A DNA stretch of 64,000 nt, taken from NCBI GenBank assembly GCA_965263295.1, contig OZ253665.1, forward strand, positions 544,001 to 608,000. The letters are read 5' to 3'. The notes beneath the pieces were generated by a model that was not told the origin of the DNA, made no database searches, and was given only the letters and a program-made list of their open reading frames with translations. Position 1 is the first letter of the stretch. Each line of letters opens with the position of its first letter. Shown piece by piece: positions 1 through 8,970 of this stretch. Origin of the DNA: Spirochaetia bacterium (GTDB lineage Bacteria; Spirochaetota; Spirochaetia; SP-2023). The translations under genes were made by a program, and so were the position numbers.

Positions 1-20
1 AATTTTAAAAGGAGAATACA

Positions 21-905
21 ATGAAGAAATTGAAAGTGTCATGTTTTTTGGCAATGGTGTTAATTTTTGCTTCCTGTGGTAAAGGCGGCAGAAAATTGAC
101 CATTGCTTCAAAGAATTTTACCGAGAGCATCGTTCTGAGTTACCTTATCGCCGAAATGGTAAAGGGCAACAGTGATATTGAAGTTGATCTCAAACTCAAT
201 ATGATATCGACATTTGTTGTTTGGCAGGCCCTGAAGTCTGGCGATATTGATCTTTATCCGGAATATACGGGGACCATATATCAAGCCCATTTACAGAATA
301 CGGGCAAGCTCAGTGCCGATGAAACATTGCGCGTTGTGCGCCAACAGATTAAAGATAAGTACAATATGAAGGTGTTTGATCCTCTGGGGCTGAACAATAC
401 TTTCGCCATAGGCATGTTGAGAAGCAGAGCCGAAGAGTTGGGGATCGACAATATCTCCGACTTGCGCCAGCATTTGGATCTGATTGCGGGCTTTGACAAC
501 GAATATATCAGTCGTCCCGGCGATGGCGCGGAGCCCTTGTTCGAGGCTTATGGCTTTCGGCCGCGGCAACCATTGATTCAGTTGGACGTCGGTCTGAAGT
601 ATGAAGCCATCATGGAAGGGCAGGTGGATTATACCGATGTGTATGCCACTGATGCGAAAATTAAGCGTTTTGACATGAAGCTCTTGGAGGATGACCGGGA
701 TTTCTTTCCGCCTTATTACGCTGTACCATTGGCTCGTGGGGATATTTTGGAGCGCTTTCCAGAGCTCGATAGTTTATTGGCCCGATTGGCAAACGCCATC
801 GGCAATGAGGAAATGGTCGCCATGAATTACGATGTCGAGGAGAATCAGGTCGAAGCCCGGACAGTGGCGCTAAACTTCCTTAAGGCAAAAAACCTGATTC
901 AATAA
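21..905 (+). CDS. Glycine betaine/choline (osmoprotectant) ABC transporter substrate-binding lipoprotein, OpuCC/OsmF-like
   Basis: AGGAG RBS; lipobox IFASC; motifs IASKNFTE, DLYPEYTGT, LEDDRDFFPPYYA. Confidence 0.85.
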   Translation: MKKLKVSCFLAMVLIFASCGKGGRKLTIASKNFTESIVLSYLIAEMVKGNSDIEVDLKLNMISTFVVWQALKSGDIDLYPEYTGTIYQAHLQNTGKLSADETLRVVRQQIKDKYNMKVFDPLGLNNTFAIGMLRSRAEELGIDNISDLRQHLDLIAGFDNEYISRPGDGAEPLFEAYGFRPRQPLIQLDVGLKYEAIMEGQVDYTDVYATDAKIKRFDMKLLEDDRDFFPPYYAVPLARGDILERFPELDSLLARLANAIGNEEMVAMNYDVEENQVEARTVALNFLKAKNLIQ

Positions 906-1011
906 TACTTGAAATGAAATACAGGAATTAAAATACTTAAATTGATCAAGTAATTTGAATTTTCTCTGGACAGACGAATTGCCGCACGGGCAAGAGAGAA
1001 GAAGGAGAGAA

Positions 1012-3267
1012 ATGAACAAGACGGGGCGTTACTACGCCCATTCACGGGAAACCGCGGACTACACCACCTGGCAGTTGCTCGATGACCACCTGCAACGGGT
1101 GGGGGAAATGGCCGGCGCGTTCGGCGAAGTGTTCGGCTGTCGGGAACTTGCGAGCGTGCTCGGACGCTTACACGATCTGGGTAAATATTCGGCGGACTTT
1201 GATGATCGATTGCACGGCGGCAAGCGGGTGGATCACGCGACCGCCGGCGCCAAGGTCGCCACGGAAAAATGGGGGCAGGATCCGCATCAGCAGATACTGG
1301 CGAAAATGCTCGCTTTCGCGATCGCCGGCCATCACGCGGGACTTGCCAATGGTATCGACGACGGGGAAAATCGCACGACCCTGAAAGACCGCCTTGCTCT
1401 ACAATTTGAACGAGACATTCCGCGACTGGACGAGGTCTGGCGGCAGGAAATTGCCTTGCCGGACGCTCTGCCTTTTCCGGTGATGAAAAATCAGCAGGAC
1501 GCGCCAGGGTTTTCCGCCGCTTTTCTGATCAGAATGCTCTATTCCTGTCTCGTCGACGCCGATTATCTGGATACCCGGCATTTCTACCAAACGCGGGAAA
1601 GCGCCCCTCCTTCCCCTTCCCTGGAAACTTTGCAGCAAGCCTTTGACGACTACCTGCAACGACTGGGCGAAAAAGCCGCCGAAAACGCGGCACGACCCAT
1701 CGATCGCCTGCGCAATCGCATTCAGAACGAAGTAAAAAGCAAAAGCGATCGGGAGCCAGGCCTTTTTTCCCTTACCGTGCCAACAGGCGGCGGCAAAACG
1801 CTCACCTCCATGGCGTTCGCTCTGCGCCATGCGCGCCGTCACGGCATGCGCCGGATCATTTACGTGATTCCTTACACCAGCATCATCGAACAGAACGCGC
1901 AAGTGTTTCGCGAGGCGTTCGGCGCGCTCGGCGCCGACGCCGTGCTCGAGCATCACAGTGCCTTCGATGACCGCAAACTGCCAGACGAAGTCACGCGGGA
2001 CAAACTGCGCCACGCGGCGGAAAACTGGGACATGCCCGTCGTCGTCACCACCGCCGTGCAGTTTTTCGAGTCTTTGTTCGCCGATCGTTCGTCCAGATGC
2101 CGCAAGCTGCACAACATCGCCGCCAGTGTGGTCATTTTCGATGAAGCGCAGATGATCCCGCTTCCCCTTTTGCGCCCGATTATTGCCGCAATCAACGAAC
2201 TGGCCCTGAATTACCGCTGCTCGATTGTATTGTGCACGGCGACACAGCCGGCGATCAAAGAAACGGACGGCTTTTATCACGGCCTGAAAAATGTCCGCGA
2301 ACTCACGGATGCACCCAATCGCTTATTCGAACAGTTGCGAAGAACGACGGTTTGCGCTGTCGGCAAAAAAACCGACGCGGATCTGCACGCGCTGCTTGCC
2401 GAACACGAACAGATGCTTGTGATCCTCAACAACCGGCGCCACGTCCGAGCCTTGTATGACGACGCAAAGTCCCTGGATGGCGTCTATCCTCTTAGCACCC
2501 TGATGTGTGCCGCGCATCGGCGCAAGGTTCTCGATGAAGTCAAAACCCGCCTCGAACAGGGCAACCCCTGCCGCCTGATCGCGACGTCTTTGGTCGAATG
2601 CGGCGTGGATGTCTCTTTCCCTTTTCTGATGCGCGAGGAAACGGGACTGGATTCCATCGCGCAGGCCGCCGGTCGCTGCAACCGCGAAGGAGAATACGAG
2701 GCGGCACAGAGCGAGGTATGGGTATTCAGTTCGGGAGGCTGGCGAGCGCCACCGGCGCTCGACGCCCTGGCGGCAACGACACGGATGGTGATGCGCCATC
2801 ATGCGGAAATTCTTTCCCCGGAAGCGATGAGCGCTTATTTTCAGCGGGTTCAGCAACAGATGGGCGAAGAATTGGACAAGCATCAAATCTTGCAGAGCCA
2901 CCGGCGGGCGAAGACAACGCTCGACTTTCCGTTCCAGAATATCGCGCGCGACTTCCGCATGATCGACGACAGCTATATGGTCGCGTTGCTCATTCCCTAT
3001 GACGGCGATGCGGAAAGCCTTATCGAGAGGCTTCGTTTTGCCGAGACGATCGACGCGCGGCGGATGCGCGCGTTACAATCCTACCTGGTACAGCTCCCCC
3101 AATCCGCCCTTGACGCGCTCGATCTTGCCGGCAGAGTGGAGTTCATACAAAGAGAACGTTTCGGCGAGCAATTCCCCGTGCTGATCGGCCTCGATCTGTA
3201 TGACGTCGGTGCCGGGCTTTCCTGGGAGGACCCGAATTTTCTGGCAAACGAGAGTTTGCTTTGCTGA
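1012..3267 (+). CDS. cas3: Type I-C CRISPR-associated helicase/HD nuclease Cas3
   Basis: YYAHS and LHDLGK (HD domain), VPTGGGKT (Walker A), DEAQ, QAAGRCNR; start set at ATG 1012 after GAAGGAG. Confidence 0.95.
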   Translation: MNKTGRYYAHSRETADYTTWQLLDDHLQRVGEMAGAFGEVFGCRELASVLGRLHDLGKYSADFDDRLHGGKRVDHATAGAKVATEKWGQDPHQQILAKMLAFAIAGHHAGLANGIDDGENRTTLKDRLALQFERDIPRLDEVWRQEIALPDALPFPVMKNQQDAPGFSAAFLIRMLYSCLVDADYLDTRHFYQTRESAPPSPSLETLQQAFDDYLQRLGEKAAENAARPIDRLRNRIQNEVKSKSDREPGLFSLTVPTGGGKTLTSMAFALRHARRHGMRRIIYVIPYTSIIEQNAQVFREAFGALGADAVLEHHSAFDDRKLPDEVTRDKLRHAAENWDMPVVVTTAVQFFESLFADRSSRCRKLHNIAASVVIFDEAQMIPLPLLRPIIAAINELALNYRCSIVLCTATQPAIKETDGFYHGLKNVRELTDAPNRLFEQLRRTTVCAVGKKTDADLHALLAEHEQMLVILNNRRHVRALYDDAKSLDGVYPLSTLMCAAHRRKVLDEVKTRLEQGNPCRLIATSLVECGVDVSFPFLMREETGLDSIAQAAGRCNREGEYEAAQSEVWVFSSGGWRAPPALDALAATTRMVMRHHAEILSPEAMSAYFQRVQQQMGEELDKHQILQSHRRAKTTLDFPFQNIARDFRMIDDSYMVALLIPYDGDAESLIERLRFAETIDARRMRALQSYLVQLPQSALDALDLAGRVEFIQRERFGEQFPVLIGLDLYDVGAGLSWEDPNFLANESLLC

Positions 3268-3301
3268 GACAAAAAATATTGAATACTTGCCGTTTTGTTA
3301 A

Positions 3302-3331
3302 TTGACAGTAATGCAGACTATGTGATATAAT
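3302..3331 (+). promoter_or_regulatory. Consensus sigma70 promoter upstream of cas5
   Basis: TTGACA (3302-3307), 18 bp, TATAAT (3326-3331), preceded by extended -10 TG. Confidence 0.75.
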
Positions 3332-3392
3332 ATATGTTGTATCTGCTTGTTCCATTCTAAATGGCATCTTGCTTGATGCAAAGGAGAAAACA

Positions 3393-4076
3393 ATGTCTTA
3401 TGGCATTGCATTGCATGTCTGGGGAGATTCCGCCTGCTTTACCCGTCCGGAGATGAAGGTCGAACGGGTGAGCTACGATGTGATGACGCCTTCCGCGGCG
3501 CGCGGAATCGTCTCGGCGATCTATTGGAAGACGGAAATTGCCTGGTCGATTGATCGCATCCATGTTCTGAAGCCGATTCGTTTCGCCTCAATTCGCCGTA
3601 ACGAACTCGGTGGAAAGATTCCACAAAGCAAGGCAAGCGGCGCGATGCGCCGCAAATCAACTGAGGGCCTGCATATTCTTATTGAAGAAGATCGCCAGCA
3701 GCGCGCCGCGACCGTGCTGCGCGAAGTTGCCTATGTCATTGAGGCGCATTTTACCCTGACCGGCGCGCAAACGCCGGAAAATACCCCGGCCAAACACATC
3801 AGCATGTTCAATCGACGCGCGCAAAAAGGGCAGTGCTTCCAGCAGCCCTGTCTAGGTACGCGGGAATTTCCCGCCCATTTCGCCTGGCTTGATCCCGACA
3901 GAACGGAAAGTTTTCCCGCCACCGAACTGAGGGGAGACGAGGCAGATAAGGATCTCGGCTGGATGCTCCACGACATTGATTTCGCCCACGAGCACACGCC
4001 GTGTTTTTTCAGAGCGCAAATGAAGGGGGGCATCATCGCGGTGCCGCCGTTTCACGGCGCGGCGGTGAAATCGTGA
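3393..4076 (+). CDS. cas5: Type I-C Cas5 (Cas5c/Cas5d, crRNA processing)
   Basis: ACFTRPEMKVERVSYDVMTPSAARG and QPCLGTREF motifs; AAGGAG RBS before ATG 3393. Confidence 0.95.
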   Translation: MSYGIALHVWGDSACFTRPEMKVERVSYDVMTPSAARGIVSAIYWKTEIAWSIDRIHVLKPIRFASIRRNELGGKIPQSKASGAMRRKSTEGLHILIEEDRQQRAATVLREVAYVIEAHFTLTGAQTPENTPAKHISMFNRRAQKGQCFQQPCLGTREFPAHFAWLDPDRTESFPATELRGDEADKDLGWMLHDIDFAHEHTPCFFRAQMKGGIIAVPPFHGAAVKS

Positions 4077-5902
4077 TCTTGCAGGCGCTGAACAGTTATT
4101 ACGAACGCCTCGCAGAAGAGCGCGATGGAAGCGGCAACCCCAAAGTGCCGTCATACGGTTTCAGCAAAGAGCAGATCGCTTATATCCTGATTCTTTCTTC
4201 GGAGGGAGAAGCGCTCGATGCGATCGCCCACATGACCCGGGACAAAAAACCGCGCCCCAAACTCATGACCGTCCCAAAACCGGAAAAACGCGCGGGTAAG
4301 CCGTCAGACAAAAATATGAAACCCTCTTTCTTGTGGGATAAAACTTCCTACGCATTGGGCATCGAGTTGGAAAAAGACAAAGCGGCAGTGCGCTCCTGGA
4401 CGGCGACGGAAAAAACCTTCACCGCATTCCGTGATTACCATCTGCGCGTACTCGAAGGAACAGAAGACGCCGGACTGCGGGCCTTAAAGCTTTTCCTGCA
4501 ACGCTGGCAGCCGCAGGACTTTGCCGAATCGCGCCTGCCGGAGGCGATCGCCGGTCAAAATCTCGTCTTCCAACTTGATGGCGATCAGTGCTACCTGCAT
4601 CAGCGGCCGGCGGCCAAGATGCTTTGGCAAAAGCTTTTGCACAGCGATCGGGAAAAGAGAGTTCCGTGTCTCGTCAGTGGAGAAATGGCGCTTCCGGCTC
4701 GTCTGCACCCCGCAATCAAAGGCGTCTGGAACGTTCAATCTTCTGGTGGATCCATCGTCTCTTTCAATCAGGAGTCCTTTGGATCCTATGGAAAAGTGCA
4801 GGGAGACAACGCGCCGGTATCGCAAAAAGCTGCTTTTGCCTACACCACGGCGCTGAACTATCTGCTCAATCGTGCACATCGACAATGTGTGCAAATCGGC
4901 GACGCGAGCACGGTGTTTTGGGCGGTTTCCGATCAAGCAGGGCAGGCCGAGGCGGCGGAAATGTTGTGTGCAACGTTCATCAGCCCGCCCGATGACGCGA
5001 CGGAAAACCATAAATTGTCCGCCCTTCTCACCGACATCGCGAAAGGACGGGCGCTCGCGGAAATCCGCCCCAACCTGGATTCGAGCACCCGTTTTTATGT
5101 GCTCGGATTGGCGCCGAACGCCGCGCGAATTTCCATCCGTTTCTGGCTGCAAAGTACGCTCGGCGAACTGGCAACGCGTTTCGCCGAACATTACGACGAT
5201 TTATCGATTACCCCTTCGCCGTGGCGCAAGGTGCCGGCTATACAGGACTTACTGGAGGCTACAGCGGTTCAGAGCAAGAAAAAAAATATTTCTCCGCTGC
5301 TCGCCGGAGAATTGATGCGCGCGATCCTCGCCGGCACGCCGTACCCGATGAGCCTGCTTGCCCAGTTGCTGCTGAGAGTGCGTACATACGCATATAAGAA
5401 TAAGAAAAATAAAAAAAATAAAAAAGAGAGAGATTTGAATGGCTATCGCATTGCGATGATCAAGGCGATTCTCGCCAGGCGTTACCGCAAGAATTTAATA
5501 CAGGAGGAAGTGCCGATGGCATTGGATAAGGACAATCGGAATGGGGCTTATTTATTGGGTCGGCTGTTTGCCGTGCTCGAACGAATTCAGGGGCAGGCAT
5601 TGGGCGAGCTCAATGCCGGCATCAGCGAGCGTTATTACGGTTCGGCGTCTATGGCGCCGTTTTCCGTTTTCCCCCGCTTGCTGCGCGGTGCGCGGCATCA
5701 CTTGGGTAAACTGCGTAAGGACAGACCAGGAAGCGCAGTCTATCTTGATAAAGCGCTCGGAGAGGTGATCGGGCATCTGCCTGAAAGTTCTTTGCCCCGC
5801 CATCTCAGTATCGACGATCAGGGGCGCTTTGCGATCGGCTATTACCAGCAGAAACAACGTTATTTTGAAAAAAAGTCTGAAACAAGAGAGGAATCGGCAT
5901 GA
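4073..5902 (+). CDS. cas8c: Type I-C large subunit Cas8c/Csd1
   Basis: GTG start overlaps cas5 stop; ILQALNSYYERL, FLWDK, CLVSG, LAPNAARISIRF, AYLLGRLFAVLE. Confidence 0.93.
   Translation: MILQALNSYYERLAEERDGSGNPKVPSYGFSKEQIAYILILSSEGEALDAIAHMTRDKKPRPKLMTVPKPEKRAGKPSDKNMKPSFLWDKTSYALGIELEKDKAAVRSWTATEKTFTAFRDYHLRVLEGTEDAGLRALKLFLQRWQPQDFAESRLPEAIAGQNLVFQLDGDQCYLHQRPAAKMLWQKLLHSDREKRVPCLVSGEMALPARLHPAIKGVWNVQSSGGSIVSFNQESFGSYGKVQGDNAPVSQKAAFAYTTALNYLLNRAHRQCVQIGDASTVFWAVSDQAGQAEAAEMLCATFISPPDDATENHKLSALLTDIAKGRALAEIRPNLDSSTRFYVLGLAPNAARISIRFWLQSTLGELATRFAEHYDDLSITPSPWRKVPAIQDLLEATAVQSKKKNISPLLAGELMRAILAGTPYPMSLLAQLLLRVRTYAYKNKKNKKNKKERDLNGYRIAMIKAILARRYRKNLIQEEVPMALDKDNRNGAYLLGRLFAVLERIQGQALGELNAGISERYYGSASMAPFSVFPRLLRGARHHLGKLRKDRPGSAVYLDKALGEVIGHLPESSLPRHLSIDDQGRFAIGYYQQKQRYFEKKSETREESA
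5516..5902 (+). CDS. cas11: Cas11c small subunit, predicted internal in-frame translation product of cas8c
   Basis: AGGAGG at 5502-5507, then in-frame ATG 8 nt later (MALDKDNRNGAYLLGRLF...). Confidence 0.75.
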   Translation: MALDKDNRNGAYLLGRLFAVLERIQGQALGELNAGISERYYGSASMAPFSVFPRLLRGARHHLGKLRKDRPGSAVYLDKALGEVIGHLPESSLPRHLSIDDQGRFAIGYYQQKQRYFEKKSETREESA

Positions 5903-6780
5903 GTCTCGAAAATCGTTATGAATTTGTCTATCTGTTCGATGTCAAAAACGGCAACCCGAACGGCGATCCGGATGCCGGTAATATGCCGCGTCTCGACCCG
6001 GAATCCAGCAAGGGGCTTGTAAGCGATGTTTGTTTGAAGCGCAAGATCCGCAATTTCATCGAATTGACCGAAGAAAATAACCCCGGCTATGAAATTTACG
6101 TGAAAGAAAAGGCCGTGCTCAATTTACAGAACAAGCGCGCCTATGAGGCGCTCAAGATCACGCCGGAAAAGAAACATTTACCAAAGGATGAGCAACAGGC
6201 CCATGAGATCACCGCCTGGATGTGTAAGAACTTTTTCGATGTGCGTAGCTTCGGTGCGGTGATGAGTACAAAAGTGAACTGTGGGCAGGTACGCGGGCCG
6301 GTTCAATTCGCCTTTGCCCAGTCTCTCGATCCGATTGTGCCGCTTGAAATTTCGATCACCCGCATGGCAGTGACTGATCAAGGTGACAATGATCAGGATG
6401 AAGAAGAACGCAAAGACCGTACCATGGGACGCAAACATATCGTCCCCTACGCCTTGTATCGCGGACACGGCTATATTTCCGCGAAACTCGCGGAAAAAAC
6501 CGGGTTTTCCGCAGAGGATCTGGAAAAGTTCTGGCAGGCGCTCGAGCATATGTTTGAACACGATCATTCTGCCGCCAGAGGCGAAATGTCGGCACGCAAA
6601 CTGATTGTTTTCAAGCATCGCGATGCCCTCGGCAATCTGCCGGCGCACAGGCTCTTCGCGGCGGTGAACGTCGAACGGATCAGCGGTGAAGACAACACCC
6701 CGGCGACGGATTTCTCCGACTACCGTATCGGCATCGATAAAGACGGACTCGACGGCGTCGAGGTGTACGAACGATTTTGA
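5899..6780 (+). CDS. cas7: Type I-C backbone subunit Cas7c/Csd2
   Basis: NGNPNGDPDAGNMPR, DVCLKRKIRN, FFDVRSFGAV, TMGRKH. Confidence 0.95.
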   Translation: MSLENRYEFVYLFDVKNGNPNGDPDAGNMPRLDPESSKGLVSDVCLKRKIRNFIELTEENNPGYEIYVKEKAVLNLQNKRAYEALKITPEKKHLPKDEQQAHEITAWMCKNFFDVRSFGAVMSTKVNCGQVRGPVQFAFAQSLDPIVPLEISITRMAVTDQGDNDQDEEERKDRTMGRKHIVPYALYRGHGYISAKLAEKTGFSAEDLEKFWQALEHMFEHDHSAARGEMSARKLIVFKHRDALGNLPAHRLFAAVNVERISGEDNTPATDFSDYRIGIDKDGLDGVEVYERF

Positions 6781-7400
6781 TGCGGATCCCGCTTTCCGCT
6801 CTCCAACATTATGCTTTCTGCCCGCGTCAGTGCGCGCTGATCCATAACGAACAGATATGGGCGGAAAATGTTCTGACCGCCCGCGGCCGGGCGCTGCATG
6901 AAAGGGTGGACAGCGGCGAAGCGGAAACCCGCAAGGGGATTCGTTACGCCCGCGCGGTGCACGTCGCTTCGGAGAAATTGGGACTTTCCGGCATCGTCGA
7001 TCTCCTTGAAGTACATGGAAAAAGCGGGCAAATGAAACCGGTCGAATATAAAAACGGACGCAGCAAAGCAACGAATGTCGATCGGATTCAACTCTGCGCG
7101 CAGGCCTTGTGTCTCGAAGAAATGCACGGCGAACCGGTGGCGGAAGGCGCTTTGTGGTATGGATGCACGCGCCACCGCGAGGCTGTTATTCTGGATGAGC
7201 CTTTGCGCGCAGAGACTCTGAAAGTGATCGAGCGGACGCGCGCCTTGCTCACAAGCGGGAAAACGCCGCCGCCGATACTCGCCAAGCACTGCAAATCGTG
7301 CTCTTTGGTCGATAACTGTCAGCCGGCACTTTTCGCGAAAGACCGTTCGCCCGCCTACGTGCAAGCCTTGTTCGCCGACACAGTCGCTGAAAGGAACTGA
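6777..7400 (+). CDS. cas4: CRISPR-associated Cas4
   Basis: SALQHYAFCPRQ, PVEYK, QLCAQALCLEEM, C-terminal CxxCxxxxxC. Confidence 0.95.
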   Translation: MMRIPLSALQHYAFCPRQCALIHNEQIWAENVLTARGRALHERVDSGEAETRKGIRYARAVHVASEKLGLSGIVDLLEVHGKSGQMKPVEYKNGRSKATNVDRIQLCAQALCLEEMHGEPVAEGALWYGCTRHREAVILDEPLRAETLKVIERTRALLTSGKTPPPILAKHCKSCSLVDNCQPALFAKDRSPAYVQALFADTVAERN

Positions 7401-7476
7401 CACTTGCCGCGATCGCGTTACGTTGGAAGAATAATGCTCCTGAAAACGGCCGCTTTGCACAAATGCATGGAAAAAA

Positions 7477-8490
7477 ATGCGTAAACTGCAAAATACCTTG
7501 TTCATCACCCGCCAAGGCGCTTATCTGCACAAGGCCCGTGAAACGCTGGTGATCGACTGCGCCGGCGAAAAGCTGATGCAATTGCCGGTGCACGCGGTCG
7601 CCCATATTTTCTGTTTCGGCAATGTGCTGGTTTCGCCGTTTTTACTTGGCTTTTGCGGCGAGAATCGGGTATCGCTGGCGTTTTTTAGCGAATACGGCAA
7701 ATATCTCGGCCGCCTGCAAGGATGCAAGAGCGGTAACGTGCTGCTGAGAAGAGCGCAGTATCGCCTCTCTCAGGAAGCGCCGCTGCCGATCGCGCGCAAT
7801 CTCATTGCCGCGAAAATTCAGGCGTGCAAGCAGGTTTTGCAAAGACGCCTGCGTCATTATGGCGAACAAACAGAGGTGCGGCAGGCAGTGATCGCCTTGA
7901 ACAGCAGCCTGCAAAGGCTTGGAACGGCATTGAGCGTGGATTCCGTTCGTGGTATCGAAGGTGATGCCGCTGCCGTTTACTTCGGCGTATTTACACATTT
8001 GATTCGTGTTTCAAATGGACTAATCTTTGACGGGCGCAATCGTCGTCCGCCGCGAGATCCGGTCAATGCTGCGCTGTCGTTTTTCTACAGCGTCTTGGGG
8101 CATGAAATTGGCGGGGCACTGGAAAGTGTGGGACTCGATCCGCAGGTTGGCTTTCTTCATGCCGATCGTCCGGGCCGCGACAGCCTTGCTCAGGATCTGC
8201 TGGAAGAATTCCGTGCTTGGTGGGTCGATCGGCTGGTACTGAGATTGATCAACCGCGGGCAGATAAAAGAAAACGATTTTTTGGTTGAAGCGAGCGGCGC
8301 GGTTACAATGAAAGATGAAACGAGAAAAACCTTGTTGGCCGCCTATCAGATACGCAAACAGGAAAAGATTCGTCATCCCTATCTCGGCGAAGAAGTCGAA
8401 GTCGGTCTCCTTCCGATCGTTCAGGCAATGTTACTCGCCCGGCATTTACGCGGCGATCTGGCTGAATATCCTCCGTTTTTGATGAGATGA
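7477..8490 (+). CDS. cas1: Type I-C Cas1 integrase
   Basis: MRKLQNTLF, RGIEG, RNRRPPRDPVNAALSF, LDPQVGFLH, DLLEEFR. Confidence 0.96.
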   Translation: MRKLQNTLFITRQGAYLHKARETLVIDCAGEKLMQLPVHAVAHIFCFGNVLVSPFLLGFCGENRVSLAFFSEYGKYLGRLQGCKSGNVLLRRAQYRLSQEAPLPIARNLIAAKIQACKQVLQRRLRHYGEQTEVRQAVIALNSSLQRLGTALSVDSVRGIEGDAAAVYFGVFTHLIRVSNGLIFDGRNRRPPRDPVNAALSFFYSVLGHEIGGALESVGLDPQVGFLHADRPGRDSLAQDLLEEFRAWWVDRLVLRLINRGQIKENDFLVEASGAVTMKDETRKTLLAAYQIRKQEKIRHPYLGEEVEVGLLPIVQAMLLARHLRGDLAEYPPFLMR

Positions 8491-8496
8491 TAAGCT

Positions 8497-8790
8497 ATGA
8501 TGGTGTTGATCGCTTATGATGTTTCTTTCGAGGATCGCCAGGGAGCAAAACGCTTGCGCCGTATCGCTAAACACTGCCAGGATTACGGACAGCGCGTGCA
8601 ATACTCGCTTTTTGAATGTGAAATCTCGCCCGCCCAGTGGACAAAGTTGAAAAATAAATTGTTGAGAGAATACCAACCGGAAATCGACAGTCTGCGTTTT
8701 TACCTGTTGGGAAAAAACTGGCAGAGAAAAATCGAGCATTGGGGGGCCAAGCCTTCTTTGGATTTGTTTCGCGATCCACTCGTCCTATGA
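8497..8790 (+). CDS. cas2: Cas2
   Basis: VLIAYDV, GQRVQYSLFEC, DSLRFY. Confidence 0.95.
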   Translation: MMVLIAYDVSFEDRQGAKRLRRIAKHCQDYGQRVQYSLFECEISPAQWTKLKNKLLREYQPEIDSLRFYLLGKNWQRKIEHWGAKPSLDLFRDPLVL

Positions 8791-8970
8791 TGCGCCAACT
8801 GTTGGTTCTCATAAAAATTTCAGTCGATTGGCGAAAAGAATTTATTCCTTGACAACAAAGCATTAATATTATCTTGAACAATTGGGTATAATAGGGGATT
8901 AGTGTCCATGATAGGAGGTCCGCGAAAATGCCGTGTCATTGCCCATGAATAAGTGCTGAAGAACTCAGCG
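8791..8970 (+). promoter_or_regulatory. CRISPR leader
   Basis: AT-rich non-coding stretch between cas2 and the first repeat. Confidence 0.75.

Noticed and set aside
7401..7476. cas4-cas1 and cas3-cas5 gaps as possible CreTA-like mini-arrays
   Set aside because: No repeat-derived sequence seen in either gap.
1399..7508. Long antisense ORFs over the cas genes (e.g. 1399-2280, 6178-7071)
   Set aside because: Shadow frames of GC-rich genes with no recognisable motifs.
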